Assembly (NCBI GenBank): GCA_964454365.1
Contig: CAYVTB010000001.1
Location: 1 to 52,286 of the forward strand
Direction: 5' to 3'
Source: an uncultured Bacteroides sp.
GTDB taxonomy: Bacteria; Bacteroidota; Bacteroidia; Bacteroidales; Muribaculaceae
Length of the DNA: 52,286 bases
Shown: in pieces, positions 49,446-52,286 of the stretch
How positions within the stretch are numbered: the first letter of the stretch is position 1
Layout: the number at the start of each line of letters is the position of its first letter
The notes under the pieces: generated by a model
Told to the model about the DNA's origin: nothing
Databases searched by the model: none
What the model saw: the letters and a program-made list of their open reading frames with translations, nothing else
Program-made: the position numbers and the translations under genes

Positions 49446-49535
49446 TCTGCAAATAGTTTTTTGCAAAGATAGTAATAAAAGATTTTGTATCAAGTGTAAA
49501 ATGATGAAATTGGTTGATTTTACAGTAAAATAGGC

Positions 49536-49566
49536 TTTGTGTTGTAACGTCCATTACCTAAATTTG
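49536..49566 (+). promoter_or_regulatory. Housekeeping-type promoter for the CMD-cupin gene
   Basis: TTTG (49536-49539), N19, TAAATTTG (49559-49566). Confidence 0.7.
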
Positions 49567-49588
49567 CAATTCGAATTAATAACATCCT

Positions 49589-50410
49589 ATGAACCGTATA
49601 TTTCTAACGGCAGTTATAACCCTGACCGCTTTTTCTTCACTTATGGCACAGAAAAAAATTATACAGACAGCCGGCCACGACCAGCTGGGAGAGTTTGCGC
49701 CTGAATTTGCACGACTCAATGATGAAATTCTCTTCGGCGAGGTGTGGAGCCGCAACGACCTGCTTTCGCTGCGCGACCGCAGCCTTGTGACAATAACCTC
49801 GCTGATATCGCAAGGAATAACCGACTCTTCACTGATTTACCATCTTCAGGAAGCCCGGAAAAACGGAATCACCCGCACCGAGATTTCCGAGATTCTCACA
49901 CACGTTGCATTTTATGCCGGCTGGCCGAAGGCTTGGGCAGCATTCCGCCTTGCAAAAGATGTGTGGGCCGACGATGTTACCGGCGACGGAGCCAAGGAAG
50001 CCTTCGCGCGCACGATGATTTTCCCCATTGGCGAGCCTAACACCGCCTATTCCCAATATTTCATCGGCAACAGTTATCTTGCCCCGGTATCTACAGAGCA
50101 AGTGCCCGTGTTCAACGTTACCTTTGAACCCGGATGCCGCAACAACTGGCATATTCATAAAGCGACCAAGGGCGGTGGCCAGATGCTTGTCGGCGTCGCC
50201 GGCCGCGGATGGTATCAGGAAGAAGGCAAAGATCCCGTGGAAATCCTTCCCGGGGCTGTGATTCACATTCCCGCCAATGTCAAGCACTGGCACGGAGCGG
50301 CTGCTGATTCTTGGATGGCACATCTTGCTTTTGAAGTCCCTGGAGAGGGCTGTGAGAACGTGTGGCTCGAGCCTGTGGATGATAATCAGTACCCCAAAGC
50401 TGGCGAATAG
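49589..50410 (+). CDS. Carboxymuconolactone decarboxylase family-cupin fusion protein
   Basis: LFGEVWSR..LS.RDRSLVT and H.AFYAGWP (CMD). FEPGCRNNWHIH and KHWHGA (cupin). Confidence 0.9.
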   Translation: MNRIFLTAVITLTAFSSLMAQKKIIQTAGHDQLGEFAPEFARLNDEILFGEVWSRNDLLSLRDRSLVTITSLISQGITDSSLIYHLQEARKNGITRTEISEILTHVAFYAGWPKAWAAFRLAKDVWADDVTGDGAKEAFARTMIFPIGEPNTAYSQYFIGNSYLAPVSTEQVPVFNVTFEPGCRNNWHIHKATKGGGQMLVGVAGRGWYQEEGKDPVEILPGAVIHIPANVKHWHGAAADSWMAHLAFEVPGEGCENVWLEPVDDNQYPKAGE

Positions 50411-50460
50411 GCCTCAAAATATACCCGACGCAAAAAAATAAGAAATATCATGCTGAAAAA

Positions 50461-50493
50461 TTTGTCGTTATTCCGACGAAATTATTAATTTTG
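50461..50493 (+). promoter_or_regulatory. Housekeeping promoter for hup
   Basis: TTTG (50461-50464), N21, TAATTTTG (50486-50493). Confidence 0.7.
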
Positions 50494-50528
50494 TGCCGTA
50501 AAATCACATTTTAAAGAAACATACAACC

Positions 50529-50804
50529 ATGACTAAAGCAGAGCTTGTTACAGAAATAGCAAAAACTACCGGCATTGAGAGAGCAGCAGTTCTTGAAGTT
50601 GTAGAACAGTTCATGACCGTGGTAAAAGATCACCTTGCTCACGGCGAGAACGTCTATCTGCGTGGCTTCGGCTCATTTATCGTCAAGACCCGCGCTGAAA
50701 AGGCTGCCCGCAATATCTCCAAGAACACCACTATCATCATTCCCGAGCATAAAATTCCGGCATTCAAGCCCGCTCGCACATTCAAGGATGATGTAGCTAA
50801 ATAA
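50529..50804 (+). CDS. hup: HU/IHF family DNA-binding protein
   Basis: MTKAELV, VYLRGFGSF, RAEKAARNI and PAFKP. Confidence 0.95.
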   Translation: MTKAELVTEIAKTTGIERAAVLEVVEQFMTVVKDHLAHGENVYLRGFGSFIVKTRAEKAARNISKNTTIIIPEHKIPAFKPARTFKDDVAK

Positions 50805-50827
50805 GAAATTCTGTTTACAGCACAATT

Positions 50828-50866
50828 GAGCCCTGAACGATACAGCGTTCGGGGCTCTGTTTTTTT
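50828..50866 (+). terminator. Intrinsic terminator of hup
   Basis: GAGCCCTGAACG / CGTTCGGGGCTC stem followed by TGTTTTTTT. Confidence 0.88.
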
Positions 50867-51024
50867 CCTTATCTCGCTCTGCTAACTTTCCACCGGGCCA
50901 TAATCCCGAAGTTCAATTTATCATTTATTATAGATAATTTTGTGAAGAGACGCGCGCCTCGCGATGCTTCCTGTCATTTCTCTTTCAAAGTTATATAAAT
51001 CACTAATTGAACAATAATTACATT

Positions 51025-52242
51025 ATGGCTTCTATCAAGATAAAATTCAAACCGTCTACATTAAAAGACCACGAAGGTTCAGTCTACTATCAGGTTATCA
51101 AGGACCGGAAAGTCAAGCAGTTTTTTACCGGTTATCATATCTTCAGCCGCGAGTGGGATGAGAAAAGATGTGCTGTCAAGTTGATCGCCGACAGTCAACG
51201 AGCCAACCTCTTGCAATCGGTGCGGGATAATATAAGATGGGATCTTGAGCAGATAACCGCGATAATCAGGAAATTTGAGGGTATGGGGACTCCTTTTTCA
51301 TGCGAAGACATCGTCGAAGATTTCATTCAGCAACGACGGGAGTGTTCTCTATTCAACTTCATGGAACGCGTGATAGCCAATCTGCGAGCTAACGGCAAGT
51401 TCAGGACTTCCGAGACCTATCGGGCTGCCCTGAGCAGTTTCAGGAAGTTCCGCAACGATGTTGATGTCTTCATGCATGAGATGTCATCAGGGATGATGGG
51501 CGAATATGAGGGCTGGCTCTGCTCGGGCGGGATATCGGCCAACACGGTGTCGTTCTACATGAGAATCCTGCGCGCGACTTACAACCGGGCCGTGGAAGAC
51601 GGCAAAATCGAGGACCGCCGTCCTTTCAGGCATGTTTATACCGGAGTTGACAAGACCGTGAAACGTGCACTGCCGATTTCGACTATCCGCAAAATAAAGA
51701 ATCTGGCGCTCGAGAAGACTCCTGCTCTGGATTATGCCCGCGACATATTTCTACTTAGCTTCTGTTTAAGGGGGATGAGCTTCATCGATATGGCTTTTCT
51801 GAAAAAATCTAATCTCACCAACGGCTATGTTACCTACCGTCGCCGCAAAACAGGGCAGCTTTTAATTATTAAATGGACCAAGGAGATGCAGACAATTCTT
51901 GACAAGTATTCTGAGAATGATAGCGTGTATCTACTTCCTATCCTCCGTAAAGTCAGGATTGAGGAAAGAGATCCTTCTGCAAGAAGGATGTACAGAAATG
52001 CAGGCAGCAACATCGGCCGGAGTCTGAAGAAAATCGGCAATATGCTAAGGCTCGATATTCCGCTGACTCTCTATGTGGCGCGCCACAGCTGGGCATCCGC
52101 AGCTCGAGCCAAAGGCGTTCCGGTAAATATTATCAGCGAAGGTATGGGCCACAATTCCGAGAAAACTACACTTATTTACCTTGCATCGCTAGATGCATCG
52201 GCAGTTGACAGGGCCAATTCCATGATACTCTCCGACCTCTGA
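51025..52242 (+). CDS. Site-specific tyrosine recombinase/integrase (Bacteroidales type)
   Basis: Arm-like N-terminus and SAM-like domain. Catalytic R (LRGM), K (RRKTG), YVARHSWA, MGH and Y (LIYL). TAATTTTG -7 element at 50935-50942. Confidence 0.93.
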   Translation: MASIKIKFKPSTLKDHEGSVYYQVIKDRKVKQFFTGYHIFSREWDEKRCAVKLIADSQRANLLQSVRDNIRWDLEQITAIIRKFEGMGTPFSCEDIVEDFIQQRRECSLFNFMERVIANLRANGKFRTSETYRAALSSFRKFRNDVDVFMHEMSSGMMGEYEGWLCSGGISANTVSFYMRILRATYNRAVEDGKIEDRRPFRHVYTGVDKTVKRALPISTIRKIKNLALEKTPALDYARDIFLLSFCLRGMSFIDMAFLKKSNLTNGYVTYRRRKTGQLLIIKWTKEMQTILDKYSENDSVYLLPILRKVRIEERDPSARRMYRNAGSNIGRSLKKIGNMLRLDIPLTLYVARHSWASAARAKGVPVNIISEGMGHNSEKTTLIYLASLDASAVDRANSMILSDL

Positions 52243-52286
52243 ACAACGTCAATTTCCGTCATTAATCCCCGACCCTCTCCACTATA

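Noticed and set aside
1-52286. CRISPR array, tRNA, rRNA or riboswitch
   Set aside because: Intergenic regions are short and are accounted for by promoters and terminators. No repeat-spacer pattern or cloverleaf was seen by eye. A covariance-model scan would be needed to exclude small RNAs.

Overview
A gene-dense chromosomal segment from a Bacteroidales bacterium, probably Muribaculaceae-like. The assignment is an inference from TAnnTTTG promoters, AT-rich leaders, T9SS-type C-termini, type V pilins and the rsfS-ftsH order. Housekeeping genes include valS, prs, ftsH, rsfS, hup, feoAB and a LolE-like permease. Other loci are a hut operon with fused FTCD, a three-gene type V fimbrial cassette, an eight-gene minus-strand operon ending in LegB-like/ATP-grasp/NeuB genes, an ECF sigma/anti-sigma module, and a tyrosine integrase at the right edge. 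The best candidate for an undescribed system is 12237-17888. Five consecutive exported proteins there each carry a cysteine pair: periplasmic TlpA (CKPC), an outer-membrane beta-barrel (CSGGVC in its last loop), an Omp28 lipoprotein (CVNC), a small T9SS cargo (CAGGAC) and a large T9SS cargo (CGYC). This looks like a thiol-disulfide relay across the outer membrane. Other notable items are a glutaminase homolog lacking its catalytic serine, a recurring AAC-N16/17-NGT ECF-like promoter motif, and 11-bp-phased TTACA repeats upstream of feoB. No tRNA, rRNA or CRISPR array was recognised. All family calls come from reading motifs by eye, not from database searches.
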